From Deltaproteobacteria bacterium (lineage in GTDB: Bacteria > Myxococcota > SpSt-1050 > JACRCP01): a DNA stretch of 64,000 nt. Positions 55,161-64,000 of the stretch are shown here, piece after piece. Each line of letters opens with the position of its first letter. Position 1 is the stretch's first letter. Under the pieces are notes generated by a model. It was not told where the DNA came from, made no database searches, and was given only the letters and a program-made list of their open reading frames with translations. A program made the translations under genes and the position numbers. The DNA lies in the NCBI GenBank assembly GCA_016218965.1, contig JACRCP010000248.1, positions 10,517 to 74,516 of the forward strand, given 5' to 3'.

Positions 55161-56783
55161 TCACTCTCCCCACTTCGCGGGGTCGGCGACGACGGAGCAG
55201 TCAACCGGAACGGCGCCTGTGGGGTTCTTGAGCGGCGACCAGCAGTATTCGAAGATGAACGCGACCTCCTCGGCCTCGATCCGATCATCCAGCCGGTACG
55301 TGTACTCGCCGTCGGGGACCGAGGCGTCCCAGAGGTCCCACTTGTCCCACGCGCCCATGGCGTCGGCCGCCTGCCCCCAGTACTGCTGGATGAGACGCGC
55401 CTCTTGGGACGTGAGCGGGAGGCCCACCGACGCGCCATTCAGGGCCGCGAGCGCGAGGTCCGAGAGCCAGTTCTCTTTTTCAGTCGGGAGCTTCGAGTCG
55501 GGCTTGGCAAGGTCGCGGTCGAGCCGCTCGGCAAGACCCTTGAGAAGCTTTTCGGCCGTGACGTCCTGGCGACGCGTGAGCGCGTGCAGGATGGCCGCCT
55601 GATGGAAGGCGCGGATGATCGCCGCGTTGTAGTAGTGCTGACCGATCGCGGCCTCCTCGTACGCGCCGCCGTAGCCGCTTTCGCAGTTGTTTTTCAGGCG
55701 CTCGCCGTAACCCATGAGCGCCGAGGTGATCTTGGCGTTGCACTCGGCGTTCGGGTCGATCCATTCGAAATCGACAAACGACGCGAGGTCCTCGGTCGGA
55801 ACGTACGGGACGCCGTCGGCGCCCTTCGTCCTGATCTCGTAGCCGAAGTCGACGATGTCTTTGGCGAACCCCCGCAGGTATTCGTCGTTTATCGCCGCAG
55901 CGTCGCGCACGAACGCATCCGGTCCGTCGGCGACGGCATACGGGAGCCAGCCGGCGGTCCGGTAGATGTGGCAGACGTCGTCCTTGCTGCGCATGTTTTT
56001 GACCCAGATATTTCCCCAGTACGGGTTGTTGGGCACGTTGATGGTGTGCGTGTTCCAGTCCTCGGTGGGGTGAAGCCATTCGGTGTAGTCCACGGCCTTC
56101 CGTTTTGTCCCCTCGACGACGTACTCGTGGTTCTGCGTCATCACGGCCCGCGCCATGATGTACTTGTCGGGGTCGTCCGGCGAGAACATCATCCCCATCA
56201 TCGTCCCGACCTGACCCTTGCTGTATTGCTCGACGACCTTGCCGGCCGATGCGTCGCCGGTCAGAAGATACGCGGCGATGGCCTGCGCGAGCACCTTTGA
56301 GGTCGGGATCATGATGTTGTCCGGGCCGCCGTCCGGGCGGTGGTAAAACGTCACGAGGTCCCCGGTCTTCCGGGCCGACACCCCGGTCCACCAGACCATG
56401 AAGTCGTACTGGCTATGGCTGAGATCCTCGCCGTGGCTGGTCCGGAGGACCCACGCAAAGAAGTCGACCTTCTTGAAAAACCCGGTGATTTTTTTGGTGA
56501 ACGCGGCAATCTCGTCGGTGGTGAGAGGGTCACCGACGTCGGGGCGCGTGAATTCGAACGGCAGTGCCTTCGGGAGGCCACCGGTGTCCGGCGTCCCGGC
56601 GTCCGCCGTGCCCCCCGAATCCGGCGCGCCCGCGTCCACCGCGCTTCCGGTGTCCTCGACCGCCGCGGCGTCAGTGCCCGCCCCCGAATCCGCGGCCTCG
56701 CCGCCCCCCGATCCGCAGGCGCACAAGGACAAGACGGCCCCTGCGAAAACAACGGCGAGAATCTTCGCGCAGTTCGACTTCAT
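55161..56783 (-). CDS. Secreted lipoprotein, hypothetical (540 aa)
   Basis: Lipobox (LSLCAC), a D/G/T/A-rich linker, a Trp/Tyr-rich globular region, and the RBS GGAGGAGG. Confidence 0.7.
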   Translation of the reverse strand: MKSNCAKILAVVFAGAVLSLCACGSGGGEAADSGAGTDAAAVEDTGSAVDAGAPDSGGTADAGTPDTGGLPKALPFEFTRPDVGDPLTTDEIAAFTKKITGFFKKVDFFAWVLRTSHGEDLSHSQYDFMVWWTGVSARKTGDLVTFYHRPDGGPDNIMIPTSKVLAQAIAAYLLTGDASAGKVVEQYSKGQVGTMMGMMFSPDDPDKYIMARAVMTQNHEYVVEGTKRKAVDYTEWLHPTEDWNTHTINVPNNPYWGNIWVKNMRSKDDVCHIYRTAGWLPYAVADGPDAFVRDAAAINDEYLRGFAKDIVDFGYEIRTKGADGVPYVPTEDLASFVDFEWIDPNAECNAKITSALMGYGERLKNNCESGYGGAYEEAAIGQHYYNAAIIRAFHQAAILHALTRRQDVTAEKLLKGLAERLDRDLAKPDSKLPTEKENWLSDLALAALNGASVGLPLTSQEARLIQQYWGQAADAMGAWDKWDLWDASVPDGEYTYRLDDRIEAEEVAFIFEYCWSPLKNPTGAVPVDCSVVADPAKWGE

Positions 56784-56819
56784 CGGTTCCTCCTCCGGTC
56801 CGTGTTCGACGACCGCAAG

Positions 56820-56848
56820 AGTATCAGCCGGGCGGACCGGATGTCAAA
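56820..56848 (-). promoter_or_regulatory. Sigma70-like promoter candidate (TTGACA-17nt-GATACT) about 40 nt upstream of the 55161-56783 gene
   Basis: The minus strand reads 'ccTTTGACAtccggtccgcccggctGATACTcttg' with a perfect -35 and a 4/6 -10. Confidence 0.35.
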
Positions 56849-57026
56849 GGCGTGCCGGCGCCTGGCACTCCGTGTTTCCGAGGGTGTCGGCGATGTCCGT
56901 GGCACGGTTTCCCCACTATGGTGGTGTCCGGCAGGTCACACGGTCGGACTCCGCCCTTCGACTTCAGGGCTGCGGCCGACCCTACGTCGACCCTGCATCG
57001 GACCAATCAACCCCGCATCGCGGCTG

Positions 57027-57728
57027 TCACTCTTCGTAGTAGACGCAGACGTTGAAACCCAGCCCCGTGTCAACGCAGTCCGCGGTTTGGTAGCAATCGG
57101 CATAGGACTGGCACACCTGGTAACAAAACGTCCCGCCCGCATCGAGACATTGCGCGCCGGCGACGCACGAATTCGACGCCGAACAGCCCTCTCCGACGAC
57201 CTTGGCGCCAGGGGTCTGGCACTGTGGTTCCTCGCCTTCGCCGATGTAATAACAGTAGCCGCCGTTGCACGCCTCGCCCACGGAATAGCAGGTTTTTGGC
57301 GCGGGGACGCATTCGCGGTCTATCTCTTCGAGAACTCCACTCACGTATTCATCGTCTTCACAGGTGAACCATTGGAGCTTCCGGTAGGCCTCTTCCCTCT
57401 CATCTCCCAAACATGTCCCGGCGTCCGCGTCCATATCCGGATTGATCTCAAGGGTCCCGTCGAAGCCCGAAGCCTGTCCCCCGTCCGAGGCTTCGCCGCA
57501 CGACGGATCTCTCAAACGCGAAACCGAGTACTCGCACACCGGGCATTCCATGTTCTCACACGCGGGCTTTATGCACGCGTTGACGCGGATTTGGTACTCG
57601 GCGCACGGGTCGCAGTGCGGGCCCGGACCCGAGTCGGGCTCATTGGTCATGCCGAGGTGGCGGCAGGCGGCGGCACCCGCCGCCGCCGAGACGAGAAACA
57701 ACAACGCGATGGTGATTGGCGTTCGCAT
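57027..57728 (-). CDS. Cys-rich secreted lipoprotein (~26 Cys in 233 aa), paralogue A
   Basis: Signal peptide with lipobox (GAAAC). The 'CDPCxEYQxRxxxC...' arrangement is shared with 58909-59601. Confidence 0.7.
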   Translation of the reverse strand: MRTPITIALLFLVSAAAGAAACRHLGMTNEPDSGPGPHCDPCAEYQIRVNACIKPACENMECPVCEYSVSRLRDPSCGEASDGGQASGFDGTLEINPDMDADAGTCLGDEREEAYRKLQWFTCEDDEYVSGVLEEIDRECVPAPKTCYSVGEACNGGYCYYIGEGEEPQCQTPGAKVVGEGCSASNSCVAGAQCLDAGGTFCYQVCQSYADCYQTADCVDTGLGFNVCVYYEE

Positions 57729-57742
57729 GACCGTCCCTCCGC

Positions 57743-58885
57743 CTACCAGGCGTACTTCAGCGACGCACGGGCGTTGAGCATTCCCGCCTCGCCTGAAATG
57801 AAGTTCGGACCGCGAAGGAAGAACCCCGGGTCCACCATGAAGTCCATCGTGAGCCGGTCGAACTTCAGGCCCGCGCCCAGATAGGTCGTCATCGAAGAAT
57901 AGCCGGTGCGCCGCGAGACTTCCTCGGTCACGTCTTCGAAGGCGTCAACCCAGCGCTTGACCGCGCCCAGCCGAAGGTCCAGCCAGTCGGTGACCATCCC
58001 TTCGAGCCCGACGCGCAGGTACGGGAGCACCAGTTGCGAAAGGCTCATCTCGACGGTCTTTCCGGTCCAGGGGTCGTATTCCTGGTCGTCCGAATGGTAG
58101 TTGAAACCCGCGTCAAAGAGGAGAAGGACCGCATCGACCGGGGAGATCGCGACGCCCAATCCGGCATCGTACTCGATGCGCGTCGCCTCCTTTCGGGCCT
58201 TCTCCGGCTGCCTCTCCGCCTCCGCGCCGTAACGGAACCCGGCGTGGGGTATCAGATCAACCTCGTCGGTAACCGACGCCCGATACCTGCCGCGAAGGTT
58301 GAGCGCCCAGTTCGTGTTCGGCTTGTACACGTCGCCGCCTTTTTCGTCTTTCACGGTCCACGAGTCGGTCAAGACTCCCAGCGCCAGGTCGAGGCGTTCG
58401 TCCCACGAGAGGCCCAGGGCGATGTTGAACGCCGTGTCATCGCGCTCTGACTTGTCGGTCGGGTCGCCGTAGACCTTGTAGTAGTCCCGGAAAAACGCAA
58501 ACGAGATCCCGGCGTCGAAGCTCTCGCCGAAGCTGCGGCCGTAAAAGAGATTCACGCGGTTGTCGATCCCGTCGGCGTCCACGGGCGGCCTGAATATCTC
58601 GCCCGCGACGGGCGCCGGCGAACGGTCGAGGTACAACCCCACGACGCCCCAAGTCTTGCCCATGTCGTGCTGCGCGCCGAGCCTGTAGAGGGCGTTCGAC
58701 CCGACCTCGCCGAAGACCATGCCCCCGTACCCGGGGATCACGGACGGATACAGCAGGATATTGGCCTCGTCCTTGACGATCTCGTTTGACTCGCCAAGCG
58801 TGAGGACCCTCGTCTCGGTGGCCCACGCAACGGTCGTCGCGGACAGGACCGCCGCCACAGTGATTGCTTTGGCCAAACGTCGCAT
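57743..58885 (-). CDS. Outer-membrane beta-barrel protein (~380 aa)
   Basis: Signal peptide (AAVLSATTVAWA), amphipathic beta-strand periodicity, C-terminal '...ASLKYAW'. The start was chosen at MRRLAKAI, preceded by GGAGGGAGG. Confidence 0.7.
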   Translation of the reverse strand: MRRLAKAITVAAVLSATTVAWATETRVLTLGESNEIVKDEANILLYPSVIPGYGGMVFGEVGSNALYRLGAQHDMGKTWGVVGLYLDRSPAPVAGEIFRPPVDADGIDNRVNLFYGRSFGESFDAGISFAFFRDYYKVYGDPTDKSERDDTAFNIALGLSWDERLDLALGVLTDSWTVKDEKGGDVYKPNTNWALNLRGRYRASVTDEVDLIPHAGFRYGAEAERQPEKARKEATRIEYDAGLGVAISPVDAVLLLFDAGFNYHSDDQEYDPWTGKTVEMSLSQLVLPYLRVGLEGMVTDWLDLRLGAVKRWVDAFEDVTEEVSRRTGYSSMTTYLGAGLKFDRLTMDFMVDPGFFLRGPNFISGEAGMLNARASLKYAW

Positions 58886-58908
58886 GCGATCGCCTCCCTC
58901 CCCCCTTA

Positions 58909-59601
58909 TCAATCCCACCATTCGTCCGGCACACACACCGAAAACCCGCCCTTGTACGGCAGGCATCTCCCGCCTTCGGTGCACACGCTCGTGTCCTTGC
59001 AGACCTTCAGACAGTACATAGTCTTGTCGCGCTTGGCACACACAGCCCCGGGGATGCACTCGTTTGCGGCCGAGCAGATCTCGCCCAGCGGTTTGAGACC
59101 GGGCGGAAAACAATCGCAACTCCCTTTCTCGTAGTCGAAGTAGAGATAGCCCGATTCGCAGATGGACCCGGCGTTGGGGCAGTCGGCGGAACCGTCCGCA
59201 CCCTCCTCCCCGCAGTACTCCTCGATCGTGTCTGCCAAAGGGGCATCCTCCTGACAGTCGAACGACGCGATCTTCTCGATGTAGTCCTCCCAGACGCCTA
59301 TGGGGCAGGATTCAGGGGGCGTAATTGAGATGCCGCCACCGTCGCATTCAGGTTTTTGGAACCCGGCGATATTCTGGAGATAATCGCGACATACGTCGCA
59401 GTCCAGGCCCGAACAGGCGTCTTCGAGGCACTCATATATGCGAAGCTGGTATTCGGTGCAGGGGTCACAACGGATCCCGGCGTCGGTTTCGCGGCCCGCG
59501 TCGGCGTCGTCCGCAAGGCCGAGGTGCCGGCAGCCCAAGAAGCCGAAAGCAAGAGCCGGGACCGCAACGGCGAAAAACAGCACGCCCATCCGCTGCTTCA
59601 T
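58909..59601 (-). CDS. Cys-rich secreted lipoprotein, paralogue B
   Basis: Start at MKQRMGVLFF; lipobox (FLGC); a CDPCTEYQLRIYEC... N-terminus homologous to paralogue A. Confidence 0.7.
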   Translation of the reverse strand: MKQRMGVLFFAVAVPALAFGFLGCRHLGLADDADAGRETDAGIRCDPCTEYQLRIYECLEDACSGLDCDVCRDYLQNIAGFQKPECDGGGISITPPESCPIGVWEDYIEKIASFDCQEDAPLADTIEEYCGEEGADGSADCPNAGSICESGYLYFDYEKGSCDCFPPGLKPLGEICSAANECIPGAVCAKRDKTMYCLKVCKDTSVCTEGGRCLPYKGGFSVCVPDEWWD

Positions 59602-59816
59602 CACCCTCCCTCCAACGCCAAGGACCCCGGCACACCCATTGCTGCACTTTGGAACTTGTCTTGCCGGACCTTTTCTACGTCCGACGGCGCGGGCGGTCAA
59701 GCGAAATCCGCTTGTGTCACCACTTCGGGTTTGGAGGACTTTCCCCACATGTTTCCGTTGCCCGCGACCTTTTCCCTTGATATAGTCCGCCCGGCACCAA
59801 GACGCGGAGGCGGGGC

Positions 59817-60575
59817 ATGGCGGAAACACGGCTCACGGTCCTCATCACGGGCGCGACATCTGGGTTCGGCGAGGCAACGGCGCGGCGGTTCGCGCGCGAG
59901 GGACACAGGATTGTCATCACCGGGCGGCGCGAGGACCGGCTGGAGATCCTCGCGGGCGAGCTCAAGACGCCGGTGCTGCCGCTTTGTTTTGACGTGCGCG
60001 ACAAGAACGAGGCCGATCGCCTGCTCTCCGGGATCCCCGGGGATTTCGCGGAGATCGACGTGCTGGTCAACAACGCGGGCCTGGCGTTGGGGATCGAAAA
60101 GGCCCACGAAGCGAGCTTCGACGACTGGGAGACCATGATCGACACCAACTGCAAGGGTCTCGCGTACGTCACCAGGAAGGTACTGCCCGGGATGGTGGCG
60201 CGCGGGCGCGGGCACATCGTCAACATCGGTTCCATCGCCGCGACGTACGCATATCCGGGCGGGAACGTCTACGGCGCAACCAAGGCGTTCGTGCGGCAGT
60301 TCTCGCGAAACCTCCGCGCCGAGCTTGCGGGCACGCCCGTGCGGGTGACTGTCATCGAACCGGGACTGGCCGAAACCGAGTTCTCGGTCGTGCGTTTCCA
60401 CGGCGACGCCGAACGGGCAAAAAAGGTCTACGAAGGGACTTCGCCGCTTTCGGGAGAAGACGTCGCCGACGCGATTCACTGGGCGGTGACCCGGCCGCCG
60501 CACGTGAACGTGGATGCCATAGAGCTCATGCCGGTGTGCCAGGCATCCGCCGGCTTGTCCATCCACCGAAAATGA
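59817..60575 (+). CDS. Short-chain dehydrogenase/reductase (NADP-dependent, YdfG-like)
   Basis: TGATSGFG Rossmann motif, NNAG, and the catalytic Y-x3-K (YGATK). Confidence 0.85.
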   Translation: MAETRLTVLITGATSGFGEATARRFAREGHRIVITGRREDRLEILAGELKTPVLPLCFDVRDKNEADRLLSGIPGDFAEIDVLVNNAGLALGIEKAHEASFDDWETMIDTNCKGLAYVTRKVLPGMVARGRGHIVNIGSIAATYAYPGGNVYGATKAFVRQFSRNLRAELAGTPVRVTVIEPGLAETEFSVVRFHGDAERAKKVYEGTSPLSGEDVADAIHWAVTRPPHVNVDAIELMPVCQASAGLSIHRK

Positions 60576-60580
60576 CCGCT

Positions 60581-60625
60581 CCGAAAATCCTAAATCTCAA
60601 ATCCTAAATCCCAAATGTCTGTTTT
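60581..60625. repeat. Inverted copy of the AT-rich ATTTGGGATTTAG element (copy 2), overlapping the annotated ATG of the downstream gene
   Basis: The reverse complement 'aaaacagacatttgggatttaggatttgagatttaggatttt' aligns with 20254-20306. Confidence 0.6.
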
Positions 60626-61904
60626 GGTTCCCTCCCGCCTCCCCGCCGTTTCCGCGGACCGCATGCTGGTCTCGTGGCAGGACCTCGGCATCATCGACAT
60701 GATGATCCAGTTCGAGATTTCCTTCGACGCGAAGTTGGACGCCGACCGCCTCGCCCGCGCTTTCGACCTCTCGCTGGACGCCGAGCCCGTGGCCGGTTGC
60801 CGGTTCGTGCGCGACGGCCGCTGTTTCTGGGAGCGCGTCGCCGAAGGGCGTTCCGGGGCGTTCGTGGTCTCGACCGACGCCGCCGCGTGCGACCGCTTTC
60901 TCGTGGAACCGCTCAACCTGTCCTCGGGCCCGCAGGTCAGAGCGTTGCTGGCGCAACGGTCCGGGGGCGACAGGCTGGTCCTAAAGGTCAGCCACGCCCT
61001 CGCCGACGCGGGCGGGACGAAGCACTACGCGCGCACCCTGTCGTCCATCTACCGCGCGCTCGACACCGATCCGCGGCACGCGCCCGAACCGAACGTGGCG
61101 GGATCGCGATCCGTCGGCCAGATCTTCCGCGCCCTGCCGTGGCGCGCACACCCCCGCGTCCTTGTCAATCTCTGGCGCGAGATACGGGGACTCAATCTAC
61201 CGCCCGTGACGCACGCCATCGCCCTCCCCGCTTGCGAGCGCGGACCCCTGGGGTTTGCCGTTCGGCACCTTCCGGTTGACCGCGTATCGGCCCTTTCCGC
61301 GTACGGGCGCGCGCACAGCGCGACGCTCAACGACCTCTTGATGTCGGCCTTCGTCCGGGCGCAGATTGATCTCGGGAGGTGGGACGGGGAATCGCAGGTG
61401 CGTCTCCAGACGACGGTCGACCTCCGGCGCTACCTCCCGGGCCGGCGGGCGGGAGGGGTCTGCAACTTGAGCGCGTTTGACTACGCTTTTCTTGGGACCG
61501 AACCGGGGGCGGACTTCGACGCGACGCTTGGGCGCGTGACCGCAATCACGAGCCGCCGCAAGGCCGACTGGACGGGGCTTACGCTGATAAGCACCGTGCC
61601 GGTTCTCTGGAGCATGGGCTATCCGAGGATCAAGAGGTTTTTCGCGTGGCTCTTCAAGCGTTCCGCCGAAACCCGCAACCAGCCGAATGCGCTCACCAAC
61701 ATGGGCCCAATTGCCCCCGAAGACTTGGACTTCGGCGTCCGTCCGGTCTCGGCGTGGCTCCTGACGCCGCCCATCCATCCTCCGATGTTCGGGATGGGCC
61801 TCACGGGTTACTCGGGAACTCTGACGCTCTCGGTCGGTGTCCCGGTCGCCGCGCTCCCGGAGGTGGAAACGTTCATGGACGCGATGCTCAAGGAGCTTCC
61901 GTGA
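60615..61904 (+). CDS. HxxxDG-motif acyltransferase (condensation-domain / WS-DGAT / PapA5-like)
   Basis: 'VSHALADAGG' matches the HHxxxDG catalytic motif of this superfamily; ~430 aa is the typical size. The start may instead be the Met at 60663, because 60615 lies within the AT-rich repeat. Confidence 0.65.
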   Translation: MSVLVPSRLPAVSADRMLVSWQDLGIIDMMIQFEISFDAKLDADRLARAFDLSLDAEPVAGCRFVRDGRCFWERVAEGRSGAFVVSTDAAACDRFLVEPLNLSSGPQVRALLAQRSGGDRLVLKVSHALADAGGTKHYARTLSSIYRALDTDPRHAPEPNVAGSRSVGQIFRALPWRAHPRVLVNLWREIRGLNLPPVTHAIALPACERGPLGFAVRHLPVDRVSALSAYGRAHSATLNDLLMSAFVRAQIDLGRWDGESQVRLQTTVDLRRYLPGRRAGGVCNLSAFDYAFLGTEPGADFDATLGRVTAITSRRKADWTGLTLISTVPVLWSMGYPRIKRFFAWLFKRSAETRNQPNALTNMGPIAPEDLDFGVRPVSAWLLTPPIHPPMFGMGLTGYSGTLTLSVGVPVAALPEVETFMDAMLKELP

Positions 61905-61939
61905 TTTCTTTGGAGTGCGGTAGCTTGCACACTCCAAAT

Positions 61940-63232
61940 CTAGTACGACGGCGGGGGCGAGTGGAGCTTCACGGTCGGGAGAAACGCGTCCATCTTGATA
62001 AGGATCATGCGTTCGGCGACGGGGCTTTTTGAGACCATCGACGGTGTGATCTCGGCCGGTTCGTCGCTCGGGCACGCGCAGCCCTCGGGCGGTGCCGCAG
62101 GGACCGCCGCCAGCGCCGCCGGGGACGAATCGGGCGGAAAACGGCGCGGAGGGACCACCAGCGGCGGCGGCACCGGGCAGTTGACGCACGGGCCTTTAAT
62201 GGGTACGTTGAGCGCGCGACCGACACGCAGGGCCGTCGACTTCATCCCGTTTTCCTTTTTGATGGCCTGGACCGTGCTGTGGTATTTGCGCGCGATCTGC
62301 CCAAGGGTGTCTCCCTTGCGGACGTGGTGGACCACGAAGTTCCGGTCGTCCTGCCCCTTGCCCAGATGCGGCTGGATCCGCCGCCCGAGCTCCTGCGCGC
62401 GGGCGTTGTAGAACCGGACGTGGAAGTGGTCGCGGTGCCGCCGGACCCCCTTGACGATCGAGTCCTCCCCGGCGTTGAAGACCCGGTTGAGCCAGGCCCT
62501 GTCTTCACCGATCGAACATGCGAAGTCGTAGATTTTTTTTGCGCCCTTCCTGTTGATGAGAATCGCCTCGACGTCGGCGAGCGTGATGAATGCCTTCACC
62601 AGCGCCCAGTTGCGCGGGAGGTCCATCGACTCGAGGCGAATCCCCGCCCTGGCCTCTTCCCCGCCCGTGTAGAAGCCCAGGTCCACGTCGCGGCCGGACT
62701 GGTGAGTCTTGTGAGGCCTGATGTACCCGCCGTCCCGGCGGCTCATGTGGTTAATCCGCATGGGGTGCGTGCCCGGAAACTTTTCGGCGACCGCGTTGAC
62801 TGCGGCGACTATGAAGTCCACGGTTTCGCGCGTCCCCCAAGCCTTGGCGGGCTCGACCACAATCCAGTTCTTCCCGTCGGGGAACTGGACGCCGTTCAGG
62901 AGCCTCCCGGTTCTGGCGACGCCAACCGACATCGAGCCCAGCGATGCCGGTTCTTCCTTCCACCTCCGCAACAGCTCGGCGTCCGTGATGTCCTTGGTGT
63001 AGCGAACCTCGTCGGATGCCGCCGGCTGTTCCCGGGTCTCGGCATCCTCGTCTTCGAACTCCTCGTCGAGGTCGCCGGGGCTGCCGTTGCTCTCGTCCTT
63101 GGCATCCTCGACGGCGTGCCCCGCCTTGGCCTCGGTGGACGGCTCGCGCGACTCCGCCGCCAACGCCGTCGCGGCGACAGCGAGGCACGCAAACGGTACG
63201 CCCACCCAGGAAATGGCCTTTCCTGCCGTCAT
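61940..63232 (-). CDS. MepA-like penicillin-insensitive murein endopeptidase (peptidase M74-like) with a LysM domain
   Basis: Signal peptide; 'H.SGRDVDL' and 'HRDHFHVRF' metal-binding motifs; LysM-like segment (HHVRKGDTLGQIARKYHSTVQAIKKENGM...LRVGRALNVP). Confidence 0.65.
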   Translation of the reverse strand: MTAGKAISWVGVPFACLAVAATALAAESREPSTEAKAGHAVEDAKDESNGSPGDLDEEFEDEDAETREQPAASDEVRYTKDITDAELLRRWKEEPASLGSMSVGVARTGRLLNGVQFPDGKNWIVVEPAKAWGTRETVDFIVAAVNAVAEKFPGTHPMRINHMSRRDGGYIRPHKTHQSGRDVDLGFYTGGEEARAGIRLESMDLPRNWALVKAFITLADVEAILINRKGAKKIYDFACSIGEDRAWLNRVFNAGEDSIVKGVRRHRDHFHVRFYNARAQELGRRIQPHLGKGQDDRNFVVHHVRKGDTLGQIARKYHSTVQAIKKENGMKSTALRVGRALNVPIKGPCVNCPVPPPLVVPPRRFPPDSSPAALAAVPAAPPEGCACPSDEPAEITPSMVSKSPVAERMILIKMDAFLPTVKLHSPPPSY

Positions 63233-63351
63233 GAAGCCCCTCAAGGTGTCACTCAACACGCCCTGTTTATATTGATAACCGAATTCCGCCCCGACGGAAA
63301 GATTTTTGTCGCGACCCCGACACCGGTCGGGCTGCGGCCGACCCTACATTG

Positions 63352-64000
63352 TTATCGGCACTCCTGCCCCACGGGGTCGCACACGCCGGCGCAACACTTG
63401 CCCAACGCGGCGATGAGGCAGTCGTTTTCCGTGGCGCAGCAGACCTCTTGGACGTCAACGCAGAAATTGAGTTTGGTACAGCATGTCTGGCCCGATTTGC
63501 ACTTCGGAGGGATGTCGTTGCAGATCGTCCTGCAGTGATTCTGATAGCACGTGCTCTTCCATGTGTTGGAAGTCCCGCCGTCGACGGTCGTGCCGACGGC
63601 CGGGCAATCGGCGTCCCCGCAGCAATCACCGACAAAACACTTGCCCTCGCAGCAGCGCTCGTTGTTCTCGCACCCGCCGCACTTGACCTGTCTGTCCTGC
63701 CCGCAGTTGTCGCGGACCGTGTGCTCGCCGCAGGCAAGCCCCTCTGCCTCGCAGATCTCGGCCTCGGACTTGGGCGTGCAGCAATCGTCTTCGGCGCACA
63801 CCTGCCCGGACTGGCAGGCCTCCTTGACATCTTCGCGGTATCCGCACGAGTCGAACCAGTAGACGTTCCCCTGGTCGCAGCGCGATTCGGCGTGCGGGAC
63901 CGGCTTGCACACGTACTCGAACGCCCCGATGTCCGCGTAAGGCGGGAGGCCCTTCCCCTTGTCGGGGGTGTTGAGGTCGTCGTTGCGCGGCGTCCCTTCG
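63352..64000 (-). CDS. Partial CDS (5' end outside window): Cys-rich secreted protein (more than 40 Cys)
   Basis: The frame is open to the window edge. Cys spacings recur (CCxxKxxQxCC, CxGxC). Confidence 0.5.
   Translation of the reverse strand, partial: EGTPRNDDLNTPDKGKGLPPYADIGAFEYVCKPVPHAESRCDQGNVYWFDSCGYREDVKEACQSGQVCAEDDCCTPKSEAEICEAEGLACGEHTVRDNCGQDRQVKCGGCENNERCCEGKCFVGDCCGDADCPAVGTTVDGGTSNTWKSTCYQNHCRTICNDIPPKCKSGQTCCTKLNFCVDVQEVCCATENDCLIAALGKCCAGVCDPVGQECR

Overview
High-GC bacterial chromosomal segment of about 64 kb, most likely Myxococcota. The evidence is a MYXO-CTERM-like C-terminal sorting tail on a giant adhesin, very many lipoproteins with Asp/Gly/Ser-rich linkers, and the conserved mreB-mreC-mreD-pbp2-rodA block.

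Gene content in order:
- 1-11.2 kb: a tRNA-Arg(CCG), then housekeeping genes (PilZ, MoaB, NadA, an EamA transporter, a translationally coupled TPR-lipoprotein/FHA pair, an alpha/beta-hydrolase, CstA, a DUF4143-type AAA ATPase).
- 11.8-19.2 kb: a 2.47k-aa Ig/PKD-repeat lipoprotein adhesin with a MYXO-CTERM-like tail.
- 19.2-24.9 kb: the rod-shape (Mre/PBP2/RodA) operon.
- 25.0-36.4 kb (minus strand): a 3.8k-aa DUF11-repeat giant protein whose C-terminus looks like an outer-membrane beta-barrel.
- 36.5-44.9 kb: an accessory cluster of a Wzm/Wzt-type ABC-2 exporter, three radical-SAM/SPASM enzymes, a GT2 glycosyltransferase, a metallophosphoesterase, a conserved hypothetical protein and a fused nucleotidyltransferase-HEPN protein.
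- 45.0-59.6 kb: a DUF72 protein, a PIG-L deacetylase and a secreted-protein island (Omp85-like protein, two paralogous lipoprotein alpha/beta-hydrolases, a beta-barrel OMP, Cys-rich lipoprotein paralogs).
- 59.8-64.0 kb: an SDR, an HxxxDG acyltransferase, a MepA-like endopeptidase with LysM, and a 5'-truncated Cys-rich ORF at the window end.

The most interesting feature is the radical-SAM cluster. Its radical-SAM #2 carries an in-frame 61-aa C-terminal tail that has its own Shine-Dalgarno sequence and ATG, making it a candidate precursor peptide.

Several short repeat families are also present:
- a ~90-nt repeat inserted in-frame in the PIG-L gene and again just downstream;
- a composite element made of imperfect tandem heptanucleotides, (GGAGGCN)n followed by (GTCGTSA)n, at two loci, with related heptamer tracts flanking genes at two more;
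- an AT-rich 'ATTTGGGATTTAG' element in two inverted copies;
- a CACAGAG/CTCTGTG repeat block.

No CRISPR array, rRNA or transposase was seen. Coordinates derived by counting within lines may be off by 1-3 nt.
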